A stretch of DNA of 64,000 bases from Scenedesmus sp. PABB004. Taxonomy: Eukaryota. Below the pieces are notes generated by a model. It did no database searches. It was not told where the DNA came from and saw only the letters and a list, made by a program, of their open reading frames with translations. This document shows, piece after piece, positions 46,158 through 57,912 of the stretch (within the stretch, counting starts at the first letter, position 1; every line of letters starts with the position of its first letter). The stretch is from positions 248,001 through 312,000 of the forward strand of contig JABVCE010000022.1 of the NCBI GenBank assembly GCA_014905635.1. The letters run 5' to 3'. Position numbers and translations under genes: made by a program.

Positions 46158-47981
46158 TCAGAAGAACTCGCCGGCCTCGCTCTCGACGCGCTGCAGGTGC
46201 GCCAGCACGTTGTCCAGCTCCGCCGACTTGGCCTGGCGCCAGACGCGGCGGCGGCGGCGCTGCGGTGAGGCGCCGCAGGCCCCCGCTGCGCAGCAGGCTG
46301 CTCTCGCCGCGCGGCCCTGCTGCAATCAGCTCCGCCGCTGCCCACCTTGACCTGGCCATACTCACGCACGATGCCACCAAACTCCTCCCCCAGCTGCGCG
46401 TACTGCAGCAGCTGCGTCTGGACCTGCGGAGCGGCGGCGGCGAGGCGTCGCGGCGAGAGCGCGCGCGCGCGCGCGCGCGCGCGCGCGCGGGCCTCGCCGC
46501 GCCGCCGCGCCGCCGCGCCGCCGCGCCGCCCGCGCCTGCGCGACTGCGTCGGCGGCCTCCGTCTCGGCGCGCTCCAGCTCGGCCCGGATGGCGTGCAGCG
46601 CCGGCAGGGCCTTTGCGTCGTAAGTGTGGTCGCGCACCTGCAGCTGCATCAGGCGCAGCTTGCTGCGCGGCGGCGGCGGCGGCGGGGCGCGTCGGCGGCG
46701 CGGGCCGGCGCCTGCGCCTGCGTGCGCGGCGCCGGGGCTCGGCGCGCGCTGCATCATCAGCGGCGCGCCTGCTGAGCTGCGTCATCATCGCGTCAAGGTA
46801 CTGCCGGTGCTTCTGCGGCCGCGGCAGCGGCGGCGGGGGCCCGCTGGCATGCGAAGCGCAGCGCAGCGCGGCGCCGCGCCGCGCAGCGCGGCGCGCGCAG
46901 CCCCGCGCCCCGCGCGCGCCTCGTCCAGCGCCGGCTGCTCCAGCAGGATGCACTCGCCCAGCAGCTGCTGCAGCACCTGCGCGTGGCCGGGGCAGCGCCT
47001 CGGCGGTGGCGCTCGCGCCCACTCTCCCCGCTGCCCCCCCCCCCCCCACACCCACGCTGCCGCCGGCGAGCCCGCCCGGCCGGGGCCGCGGTCCCACCTG
47101 CCCGCCCGCCCGCCCGCCCGCCCGGCAGGGGCCGCGGCCGCGCCTGCTGCGTGGCGGCCAGGTCCTCCAGGTAGGCCTGCGCGTGCTCAGCGTAGCGCGC
47201 GAGCTGCTGCCGGCAGCCGCTGCGCAGCGCCGCCAGCGCCGCCCGCTTGCCCTGGATGAGGCTCGCCACGTGCGCCTGCGCCTCGGGGCCTGCGCGCGGG
47301 CGCGGGCGCGGCCGCGGTGGGCGCGGGCGCGGCGCGGGCGGCGCCGCGGAGGCCGGCTGCCCCCGCGCCGCGCCTGCGCCGGGCCCGGCGACCGCCTCCA
47401 CCGCAGCCTGCGCCCGCGCCTCGAGGCGGCGCTCCAGCAGCGGCAGCAGCGGCGTGTGCGCTTTCTGCGCGCCGCGGGCGGCGCGGTCACGGCGCGGGCA
47501 GCGCGGCCGTGGGGCGGCCGCGCAGGCGCGGGCGCAGGCCGTGGCGCCGCACCTGCGCCGCGCGGCGGCTGGGCAGGTGGAGCGCCTTGAGCTGCTGCGG
47601 CGCGACGCCGAGCAGGTGGCGCCGGCTGCCCAGCAGCTGGTCGTCGCCGCGCCCGCCGCCAGCGTCCGCCTGCCCCGCGCCCGCCGGCGGTGCCGGCAGC
47701 GCCAGGCGCTGCGCTGCAAACGCGGCGGCCAGGTGCGCCGCCAGCGAGGCCGCCGCGTCGGCGGGCAGCGGCAGCCCCGCCGCCGCGAGCCGCGCGTCCG
47801 CGCTCGCGCCCGGCGGCGCGGCGGCGTCGCCGTCGAGCAGCGCCGCGCCCGCCTCGGCCGCCAGGTCCTCCAGCTCCGTCAGCAGCGCCGCCTGCTCCAG
47901 GTACGTGCTACGGGCCGCCTCCAGGGCCTCCAGGGCCACCCGCTGGCCCTCGTCGGGCCCCGCCGGCGGCGGCGGCGGCAT
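46158..47981 (-). CDS. Augmin/HAUS complex subunit 4 (AUG4/HAUS4-like), 8 exons
   Basis: Coiled-coil protein whose spliced C-terminus KLRLMQLQVRDHTYDAKALPALHAIRAELERAETEA...LLQYAQLGEEFGGIVREY matches the HAUS4 pattern (KLR...TY....ALH.IR..L...Y......F..I.R.Y). Confidence 0.75.
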
Positions 47982-48355
47982 GTTGGTGTTGCCCCCGGGC
48001 GCCTGCTGCTGGCGCGGCGCCGGCGGTGCGCGGCGGCGGCGGAGCGCAGCGGCACGAGTGCGGCCGCGGCGGTCGCGGGCGCGCCGTGGGAAGGCGAGCT
48101 GCGCCGTGCGTCCTTGAGCTTTTGCGCCGCCGTCGTGACGTTTGGACGCGGCCGCGCGCGCACCATCCGTAGCGATGCCGGATCGCGCCAGTCCGCTGTT
48201 GCACGCGCCCGGCACCCGCGCGGCAGCCCGCCCCCGCAGCCCGCTCGCCCGCCCGCCGCGCGCACGGCGCGCTGCCGCTGCTGCTGCCGCCGGCCGCGCC
48301 GCCCCGGCAAGTTCCTCCCTGTGCGGGCCCCCCGTGCCCCGGCAAGCTCCTCCCA

Positions 48356-49804
48356 ATGGCCCACCAGCGCCGCCTGATCGGCATGCTCGTGGTCGCGATT
48401 GCCGCGGCGGCGGCTGGCGCGGCCCCGCCGGCGGCGACTGACGCGGCCCCGCCGGCGGCGGCTGGCGCCCCGCCGCCGGCGGCGTGCCCGCCGCCGGGCC
48501 TCGACAGCGTGCCGGGCTTCGACCTCGCCGCATTCATCGCGGCGCCCTGGTACGCGCTCGCGCAGGTCCCGGTCAACTTCCAGCGCCCCGACTCATTCTA
48601 CTGCGTACGTGCGCGCTACGTGCCGGTCGACCCGAGCGACCTCTCGGTGCGGGCGGGGCGCCGCCGCGGCGGCGGCCCCGGCCGGCGCGCGCGGCGGCGC
48701 CGCGGCGGCCGCTCCCTCGCGCCCGACCCGGCGCGCGCCCCGTTGTGCGCCTGCCTGTGCTGCCCCTGCAGAGGGGACTCGACGTGCTGAACTATGCCAA
48801 CGTCGGCGGCGTCAACGGGCGCGCCGTGGGCGTGTCGGGCGCGGCGGGCAACACCTCGTTCGCGCTCTTCGCCCTGCCCGCGCCCGGCAGCGGGCCCACC
48901 GCCGCTTCCAAGCTGCTGGTGCGCTGCTGCTGCTGCGCGGCCGCCGCGCGCGGCAGCGGGGCGCGCGCCCGCGGCGGCGGCGGCGCCGCGCGCGCGACGG
49001 CCGCCGCTGCCGGCACCGTCACCGCATCACGCCGCACCGCCCGCCGCGACGCAGGTCGGGCCAAAGCCCCTGCTGGCGCGCGCGCCGGCCGCGGCCGTGG
49101 CGTCCCAGCTGCGGGCGCCGAATGGCAACTACCGCGTGGTGGCCGTGGGTGCGGCCTGGCGGGCGGCGGCGGCGGCGGCGGCGGCGCGGTCACTCGCGGC
49201 CCTGCGCCCGCCCCCGGGCGCCCGACGCCGCCCGCCGGCGCGCGCGCAGGCCCCTCCTCGGACGCCCGCCTCGGCTACAAGTGGTGAGGGAGGCTGAGGG
49301 AGGCGGAGCGGCGGCGGGCAGCAGCCAGTGGCCAGCAGGCCGCTCGCCCACGCGCCGCGCCGGCCCCGCCCAAGCACCGCCGATCACCCGCGCCGCGCCG
49401 CGCCGCGCCGCGCCGCGCCGCGCCGCCGCAGGGCGATCATCCTCGGCGGCGCTGCGACGCCGTCCGAGCCCGCCGCCGGGGGCCTCTGCGGCCCGAGCGC
49501 CGCCAAGGACGAGGGCCTCTGGCTGTTCCACCGCGACCCGCGCGCGCCCGCGGCGGCGGTGGCGGCCATGACGGCGCGCGCGGCGGCCCTGGGCATCGAC
49601 ACGAGCCGCCTCCAGCCTGTGGAGCAGCGCGGCTGCCGCTACGAGGGCGCCGACCCGCCGCGCGCCGCGCCGGCGCCGGCGGCCGCGCCGGCACCGCCGC
49701 CGAGCGGGCGGCCCGCGGCGGTGCCGCCAGCGGCGAGCGGGCCCGCGCCGGCGCCTCGCTGCAGGCCGTTCTGGCTCGCGTGGCTGATTGGCAGCGGCTG
49801 CTGA
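48356..49804 (+). CDS. Secreted lipocalin-like protein, 5 exons
   Basis: Signal peptide; FDLAAFIAAPWYALAQ, YCVRARY, V.NYAN, KLL|VGP, GNYRVVAV, Y.W|AII.GG, GLWLFHRDP and GIDTSRLQPVEQRGC. Confidence 0.75.
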
Positions 49805-50176
49805 GGGCTGGCGGGGTTGAAACTCCTGAATTGACGGACGCGTTTGCGGACCGGGCGTCGTCGCGCTGCGGCGCTTGCGCCCTGGCGGCCGGGGTTTTTT
49901 GCCGCGGCGGCGCCTGCACCCCTCCCCAGCGCTCGCGAGAAAGGTATCGCCGCCACCCCAGACGCGCCCGCCAACAGCAGCGAGCCGAGGAGGCGGCAGC
50001 AACCGCCCATCACGCGCCGCCGCGCCCGCTGTGCCAGGCCCCGCCCGCCCGGTCGCGCTCGATCGTGCCGTCCAACCCTCGCTGAACACTGCGGCGTCGG
50101 AGAGCCGCAGCGGCAGCGGCAGCAGCGGCAGCAAGCGGGCAGCAGCGGCGGGCAGCAGCGGCGGCAGCGGCCCGCG

Positions 50177-52509
50177 ATGCCGCGCCGCGCCCGCGCCGCC
50201 TGCCTGCTGCTGCTGGCGCTGGCGGCGCGCTCATGCGGGGCGCGCGTGGTGCAGCTGGTCGCAGGTGCGCAGGAGCACCCCGGCCCGCTGCCGCTGCCGC
50301 TGCCGCCGGCGCGCGACCGCAGCGCGCGCGCCGCAGAAAATCTGTCGCCCTTTGTGTCGACGGACCCCAACGAGGCCAAGTACATCGTGGCGCTGTTCGA
50401 CGACGGTGCGGCGGCGCCGGCGCCGCCCGCCGCGCGCGCGGCGCGGGCACCGCAGCGCCGGCGGCGCGAAATGACGGCGCGCCGCCCGCGCCGCCCGCGC
50501 CGCGCGCTTGCAGCAGCCGAGGCGGCCGACGTGGTGCCCGCGGTGCCGGCGTCGCGCAGCATGGTGATGGCCGACGCGCAGGGGAAGCGCTTCAACTGCA
50601 GCGTGCCCACCAGCCACGCGGGCGTCGCGCTGGCGCAGCCGGTGCGCGGGCGGCGGCGCGCTGCGGGGCGCGGCCGGCCGCGCGGGCGCCAGCGCCCCTG
50701 CTCATGGCCGCCGCCCGCTGACCGCCCCGCCTCGCGAAGGGCGCCGAGACGTCACCGCCCACGCTCAAGACGCCGTTTGAGCTGCTGGAGTCGCTGTGTG
50801 CGTGCCGGCTGGGGGCGGCGCCGCGGCCGGGGCCGCCAGCTGCGCGCGCGGCGCTGCAGCCGCGAGGCGGCCGCACCAGGCTCGCGCCGCCGCCGCCGCC
50901 GCCGTCACTGCCGTCGCCGCCGCGGCCGCGGCCGCCGCCGCCGCAGCCGCGCTGTGCCTGTACCGCCAGGACGGGCTGTGGACGTACGAGGTGTGCCACC
51001 GCAAGCACGTGCGACAGTTCCGCCAGGTGAGTGGTGGTGACCGGCGGGCCGCGCGCGAGCGATCACTGGCAGAGCAGCTGGGGCCAGGGAGGGGCGGCCG
51101 CGCCGTGTCGCGCCACCTTGCCCGGCCGGCGGCGCGGCGGGGCGGGGCGGGGCTTCAGCCGGGCCTCGTCGCCGCCGCCGGCGCAGGTGAGCGGCGGGGG
51201 CGGCGGCGCGGGGCGCAGCATCACGGTCAGTGGCAGCAGCGCCGCGGGGCTGCTGGACGCGGTGCTCGCCGGCGACGCGGCAAAGCTGCTGGGCGCGGTG
51301 CTCGCCGGCGGCGACGTGAGCGCGGTTGCGCGCACCGCCGCGACGCGCGGCGCGCGGGGCCGCGAACCGCCCGAGCGCGGCCCGACCCGCCTGCCCGTGG
51401 GCGGCCCGACCCGCCCGCGGCCCTGCTGCCCCCCCCCCCCCCCGCTGCGGGCGCGCCCCACCGCGCTGAGCGCTCGCGCCGCCGCCGCGCTTGGGCGCGC
51501 GCGCGCGTTGTGGCGTTGCAGGAGGCCGGCAAGAAGGCGGAGGACTTCAGCTGCGGGCAGTACGCGGGCGACGCGGCGCAGTCAGAGGACGTGCTGGTGC
51601 GCCGCCTGAGCAGAGGGGAGGGCGGCGGCGCCCCGGCCGAGCTGCAGGCGGCGCGCCAGCCCGCGCGCGGCCAGCACCGGGGCTGTGCTGTGCCCGCGCA
51701 GGGCGCCCGGCGCGCTCTTGACCGCCGCCGCGTCCGCCCCGCAGGAGGATGTGAGCTCGAGCGGTCACCCTGTGAAGTATGTGCGCCACACGTTTGCCGG
51801 CGGCGCCACGTGCGTCCTGACGGGCGCGCCACGCACGGCCGAGGTACGGCGCGGCGCGGCGGCCGGCGCGGCGCGGCGCCGCGGCGGCGCCGCCGACGCG
51901 GACGCGGACGCGGGCGTTGCCGCCGGGGCGCGCCGCGCCAGGTGCGCTACACGTGCGCGCGCGACGCGCGGGAAAACGTGGTGCTGTCGGTGCGTGAGTT
52001 TCCGACCTGCAACTACGTCGTCCTGGTGTCCACGCCCTTCCTGTGCAAGCACCCGGCCTTCGTGCCGCAGGTGCGCGCGGCAGCAGCGGGGCTGGAGGGC
52101 ACCACACACAGCGCGGCGCGGCGCCTCCGCACGCGAGCGCGCGCTCACGGCCGCGCCGCCGCGCACCGCGGCGCAGCCCGAGGACGTGCGGCTGGTGTCG
52201 TGCGTGCCGCTGGAGCACGGCGGGGGCGGCCCCGGCGCCGCGCGCCAGCCGCAGCCGGCGGCGCGCGGCGGCGGCGCCGGCGCGAAGGCGGCCGCCGCGC
52301 AGGCTGCCGGCAGCCCGCCCAGCGACGCTGGCGGCCGCGCGTTTGACCTGGGCGCCCTCGCGGCGAGCCTGGGGCTGGCCCCGGAGCTGCTGGAGGTGGT
52401 GGACGGCGCGGGCGGCGCGCCGGGCGAGGAGGACGAGGAGGGCAGCTACGACGACGCGTACGCCGAGGGGGACGAGGCGCAGCGCGACGGCGGGCGCGAC
52501 GAGCTGTGA
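50177..52509 (+). CDS. OS9: OS-9/ERLEC1-like ER lectin (MRH domain, ERAD)
   Basis: Signal peptide; GKRFNC; CLYRQDGLWTYEVCHRKHVRQF; GGATCVLTGAPRTAE|VRYTC; VREFPTCNYVVLVSTPFLC; C-terminal RDEL. Confidence 0.88.
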
Positions 52510-53070
52510 GCGGGCGGCCGCCGGGCGTGCTGGTGCCAGCCCTGGGGCCAGCCCTGGGCCTGGCTGGGGGCAGCCGCGGCGCTGAGAGGCGAGCGGGCCT
52601 CACGCTGTGCGGCGACGCCGGCGACGCCGGCGACGCCGGCGCCGCCGAACCCACGCGAGCGCCGTGCGTTCGGCCGGCTCCCCAGGTCGGCCTCGCCGCT
52701 GAGCTCTCCAGCCAGCGGCGCGGCGGGTTGGCGGGCGGCGGGCGCGGCGCGCCGCGCGGCGCGCCGCCGCAGTCATCGGCTCGTGCATGACGCGGGGACC
52801 GTCAGCGGCCGCCGCGCCACGTGTGGCATAACCATCGAGTGTCGGAGCTGTTTTTCGCGGCCGGCGGGCGTGAGGCGCCAGAAATCATCGGCCGCTGCAG
52901 ACATAACACCCTTTCTCGCGCGGTTTTCAGCGCAGCCAGCTCCCCGCCGCTCTCCGCAGCTCCCTGCGGCTGCCCCTGGGTCAGCCGCGCAGCGCTTCCG
53001 CACCGAAAGCAGCTCCCGCGGCCGCGACGAACACCCGCCAGCGGCCTGGGCCTCCACATCGCGCCTCCGC

Positions 53071-54157
53071 ATGGGCGCGGAGGCGCATGCGCAAGGCGGC
53101 GCCGATGGCGCAGCCAAGGTGCGTGCCGCGCGGCGCTGGCTCGGCGGCGGCAGCAGCAGGCGCGCGCTGGTGACATGCCTCGCCCCGCTCGCCCTCGTTG
53201 CGCCTGACGCAGGGCGCGCTCTCGGAAGACTTTCTGATGTACAGCTACAAGGTGGGCACCGCAGCGCGCCTGCGTGGGGCGGGCTGCGGCCGCCGCGCCC
53301 GTGCGATGGCGACCCGCGCCGCTGACGCGCCTCGCCCGGCCCGCAGGTGGCGTTCTGCGCACGCCGTTACCCTCGTGAGTGCACGACAGAGCCTTTGGCA
53401 GATTCGCGGGGGCAGGGGAAGGGCGAACGGGACGCGGGCGATCGAAACGATCCTTACACGCCGTGCTTCGGCGGCTGGCGCGCCGGGACTGGGGTGCTGA
53501 GAGTCGCAGCGCTCTCCTGCTCTGGCGGGCCCGCCGCCCTGAGGCCTGCCGGCCGCCCTCGCGCGCCGCCGCCGCTTGCGCAGACGACTGGGCGAGCTGC
53601 CCCTGCGGCCACAAGGGCGAGCGCGCCGCGCGCCGAGACCCGCGTGTCCACCCCTACGACGCCATCGCTTGCTCCTTCGCCAAGCAGGCACGGCGCGGCG
53701 CCCGGCGGCGCCCGGCGGCGCCCGGCGGCGCCCGGCGCCACCGGGGCTCGTCAGGCTGACGCGGCCGCGCCCGCGCCCGCGCCCGCCCGCCCCGCAGCGC
53801 CAGACCTGCCCCCGCGGCGACGCGTGCACGCACGCGCACAACGTGAGCCCGACACGCGCGGCGCGGCCCCTCCCCTGCCTCCTCCGCAGGAGGGCTCACG
53901 CCGCGCGCCGCGCCGCGCCACGCGCCGCCGCAGCTGTTCGAGTACTGGCTGCACCCGCAGCGCTATCGCACGGAGCTGTGCAGCTTCGGCAGCAACTGCG
54001 AGCGCCCCGTGTGCTTCTTCGCGCACACCATCGACGAGCTGCGCCAGCTGGACCCCGGCCTGCCGCCGGCGGAGACCTGTTGGTCCGCCGGCGCCGCCGT
54101 GTCGCGCGCGCGGCCGGCGGCGGCGCACGGCGCGTGCGCGGTGCAGCAGCCGGCCGG

Positions 54158-54188
<31 letters not shown>

Positions 54189-55022
54189 CAGCAGCAGGCG
54201 CAGCAGCAGCACCCCGCGTACGCACAGCACCACCCAGCGTACGCGCACGGCGGCACGTACATGCCGGCGGCAGTGAGCATGCCGCCGGGTGGAGCCTTCT
54301 ACGTGCCGCAGCTGCCCGGCGGCGTCATGCTGGTGCCCCAGCAGCAGGGCGGCGGCGCGTCGCTGCACCGGCAGCTGCTCATGCTCGGCGGCGGCGGCGG
54401 CGGCTTTGCGCCGCTCTCCGGCCAGCTGCCGCACGCGGGCATGACGGCGGCTGCTGGGCAGCACCTGCTCGCCGGCCTGCCCGCCGCCAGCGCCGGCCCT
54501 GGCGCGCAGCAGCTCGCAGGCGCGGCGTCGCCCACCGCCGGCCTCGGGCCCCTCCCGGGCCTCGCCTGGCACTCGGCCGGGGGCGGGCCGCCGGGGCAGA
54601 GCAAGCTGGGAGCGCTGGGGCAGCCCGGCGGCGCGCTGGGCTGGGGCGGCATGGCGGCGCCCCCGGCGGACGCGATGTCGGACTGCAGCAGCTGGAGCAA
54701 CATCAGCGTGACCACCGACAGCAGCATGGGCCTGGCTTGCACCGCGCTCGGCGGCGCGCTCGGCGGCACGCCGGCGTCGTCGCAGGGGCTGGCGGCGCGC
54801 CCGCTGGGCGCGGTCGGCGCGCCCAGCTCCAGCCCGCTCAGCCCCGTGGCTTATGACGCCTGCGCCCTGGCAGGGCCTGGCCTGGCCAGCTTCACGGCCA
54901 GCAGCGGCAGCAGACTGCACATGGCCCAGCAGGGCGAGCGGCTGGACGGGCTGGTGCCCGCCGGCGCGCTGCCGTACGGGGGGCCCCTCCCGGGCGTGCA
55001 CCTGCGCCAGGGTTTCGTGTGA
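53071..55022 (+). CDS. Plant-type tandem CCCH zinc-finger (RR-TZF) RNA-binding protein, 5 exons
   Basis: [68 protein letters not shown]....[10 protein letters not shown]. Confidence 0.9.
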
Positions 55023-55746
55023 GTCTGGTCCCTGATCAGCCACCGGCGCTGCGCCCGGGCTGCGTCCCAGTTCATTGCGTGCGCCGAGACCGCGCCCCGA
55101 CGTTGTGTTTGTGCGACGCTTGTTGGGGGCCGGAGACGTTTTAAACAGATGAGCAGTTTTTGCCTTGTGTTTGTTTGCTGGGAGGCGTCGCCGCACGCGT
55201 GCTGGCGCGCCCCCGTGCGACCCGAATCGGCCCCGCCGGCGCCCCCGGCCCGGGCGGCCTGCCCCGGTTCGGCGGCGCCGGTGGGATGCATGAACCCACG
55301 CACTGCACTGTCAGCACCTTGCCGTGCCGAGGATTCACGGCCTGGCCAGGAGCTCGCTGGGGCTGCTCGCTCCCCTTCTCCCACACACACACACGCAACC
55401 CTGGCCCGGCCGGGCCGCCCAAACCCTTTGAACGCACCACGTGGCGCCCCCTCTCGTTCAATGGGCATGAATGATGCCCAGCACTTGCCTAGCAGCCAAG
55501 TCACTTGCCTGGCTTCAACCTCGAGCACGCGGGACTGCAACAACAACGCGACCATGCGCCGCCGAGCTACGCTCGGCGCTGCGCGCGCGGGCGCGCGTTG
55601 AGGGCGCGTGCTGCGTCGCCTGTCAGTGTGCTCCCCCTGTGAGTCATGGTTCTGCGCTCGGAGCTGGCTTGGGACTGGGTGCGCACTTTGCGAACACCAC
55701 GAACGCGCGCCAGCGCAAGCTGGTCGGCGGGCCCGGGTCTGAATGC

Positions 55747-55787
55747 TGTAACGCGAGCGTCTCTCCACCCGAGCGGGACCGTTTACA
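55747..55787. terminator. Convergent pair of TGTAA poly(A) signals (+ at 55747-55751, - at 55787-55783)
   Basis: They lie between the convergent CCCH and GRXS16 genes, one in each gene's orientation. Confidence 0.6.
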
Positions 55788-55823
55788 CACAGACCCGCAC
55801 GCGGGCCCGACGCCGGGCGCGCG

Positions 55824-57268
55824 TCACTTTGCCGCCGGCGCGCCCGCGCCCGCGCTGCGCGCGAGCTGCTCCGCGAGCTCGCCGCTCGCGGCCATCGCCT
55901 CGACGATGTCGCTGCCGCCGACAAACTCGCCGCCGACGTAGAGCTGCGGGATGGTCGGCCACTGGCTGTACGATTTGATCGCCTCGCGCAGCCCGGGGTT
56001 GTGGAAGTCGTCCAGCACGTTGACGACCTCATAGTCTGGGCAGAAAGGGGGCGGGCGCAGTGCCGGCGGCGGGTGGGCGGGCAGGCGGGTGGCGGCGGTG
56101 CGAGCGCGGGCAGGCGCGGGCGCGGGCGTGGGCGGGCGGGCGGGAGGCGGCGGCGGCGCGCGCGGAGTCGCGGGGCTCACCCGCGCGCGCGTCGTTGAGC
56201 AGCGTCATCATCTTGTGGCTGAACCCGCACTGCGGTGCCGACCGCGTGCCCTTGACAAACGCCACGACCTGCACGCGGCGCGGCGGTGGCGCGCAGCTGC
56301 TGTGGGCGGCGGGCGGCGGGGCCGCGCGCCCTGGCGCGCGCCCGCGCGCGCCCGCCCGGCCTGCACAAACACACGCGCGCGCGCGCGCGCGCGCCCACCT
56401 TGTTTGACTTGACCACCTGGTCGATGAGCGTCTCGATGGGCACGTTGATCGCCTTGCCCGCGGTGAGCTTGATGTCGGCCTTGGGCCGCGCGGCGCGGCT
56501 CTGCCAGCGCTGCTCGCCGGGCAGGTTGCCGGGCGGGACGCCGCCCGTCTCGGCGACTGCGGCGCGCGCGGCGCGGCGTGGGCGCGGCGGCGCGCGGGCG
56601 CGCTGCCAGCCTGCGCCGCGGCGGCCGCCCGTGCCCTGCCAGCCGCCGGCGCGGCGGCCGCCCGCCCGCGCCCCCCTGCTGCCGCCGCGCGGCGCCGCGC
56701 CCGCCCCTGCGCCGCGCCGCTCCGCGCCGCGCCGCGCACTCACGCGCCTCCTCCATCCAGGCCTTCCAGGCGGCCGTCATCTGCTCACGCCCCGCGTCGG
56801 GCATGAGCTCAAACTTGACCGCCTTGGTCAGCTCCGGCACGTCCCGCAGGTGGTTTGAGATGGTCACGTTGATCTGCGCGCGCGCGCCGCCGCGGCTCAG
56901 GGGTTTGGGCTGAGCGCGCGCGCCGCCGCCGCCGCAGCCGTCGCGGCCGCCCGCCCGCCTGCACGCCGCGCCGCGCCGCGCGTGCTGCTGCGGCGGCGCC
57001 GCGCCTTGCGCGTGAGTCCGATGTACTGCACCGCGCCGTCGCCGTCGAGCACAGCGTACAGCGCGGCGGCCTCGGGGAAGGCCGTCAGCTCGCCCTTGTC
57101 CATCACCGGCACCGCGGCCGCGTCCTTGAGCGACGCGGCGGCGCGGCCGGGCGCGGGCGCGGCGCGGGCGCCGCCGCGCAGCGGCGCCACCGCGCCGCGC
57201 CAGCGCGCGGCGCCGGCCGGCCGCGCCGCGGCGCCGCCGAACGGCGCGCGCGCGCTGCGGGCGAGCAT
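55824..57268 (-). CDS. GRXS16: Chloroplast monothiol glutaredoxin S16 (GIY-YIG-like N-domain plus CGFS Grx), 5 exons
   Basis: Transit peptide; [69 protein letters not shown]. Confidence 0.92.
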
Positions 57269-57912
57269 GGCGCGGAGGACGGGGACCTGCGCGGGCGCCT
57301 CTGCGGGTGGCGGCGCGCACGGCGGCGGTCGGCGGCGGCCGGCGGCGCATGGGCGCGTGCAGCGGCGGCCGGCCGCCCGCGCCGGCGCCGCCAGCAGCGC
57401 CAGGCCGGGCCGCAGGGCCGCCGAGCGCCCCCTGATGCAGGGGCGCTCAGTGCGCCGGCCCGCGCGCTCGCCCGAGCGCCAGGGGCGCGCGAATTGGGCG
57501 CCGCCGCCGCACCGCTGCTGCTGCTGCCGTGGCCGCGGGCGCCTGCCTCGCTTCAGCGAACGGCGCAGGGAGACGTCGGCGGCTGGCTGTGGCAGCGGCG
57601 GCGGGCGGTGTTGCGAACGACGCCGCCTTGCGAGTGCGGCGGCGTCACTGGCAGCGGTCACTGGCAGCGGCAGCGCAAGGCGCACAAGAACGCGCCGCCG
57701 CCGCCGGGCGTTTGTCCCGGCCAGCCGGCTGGTCGCTGCGCTGACAGCGTCAGGCCTTCGCTGTCGGGACGGGCGCGCTGAACGCAGCGGGGCCTCTCTC
57801 TCGACCGCGCGCCGCAGCTGCTAGCGCGCCGCACCGCTGCGCGATCGCCGCGGCCGCGGTCCAGCCGCCCCACTCGCCCGCGTATCCAGTAGCCCTGGGC
57901 GCCGGCCGCGTG

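Noticed and set aside
56820..57090. GIY-YIG motif as a homing endonuclease or mobile element
   Set aside because: It is the known N-terminal domain of plastid GRXS16, spliced to a CGFS glutaredoxin.
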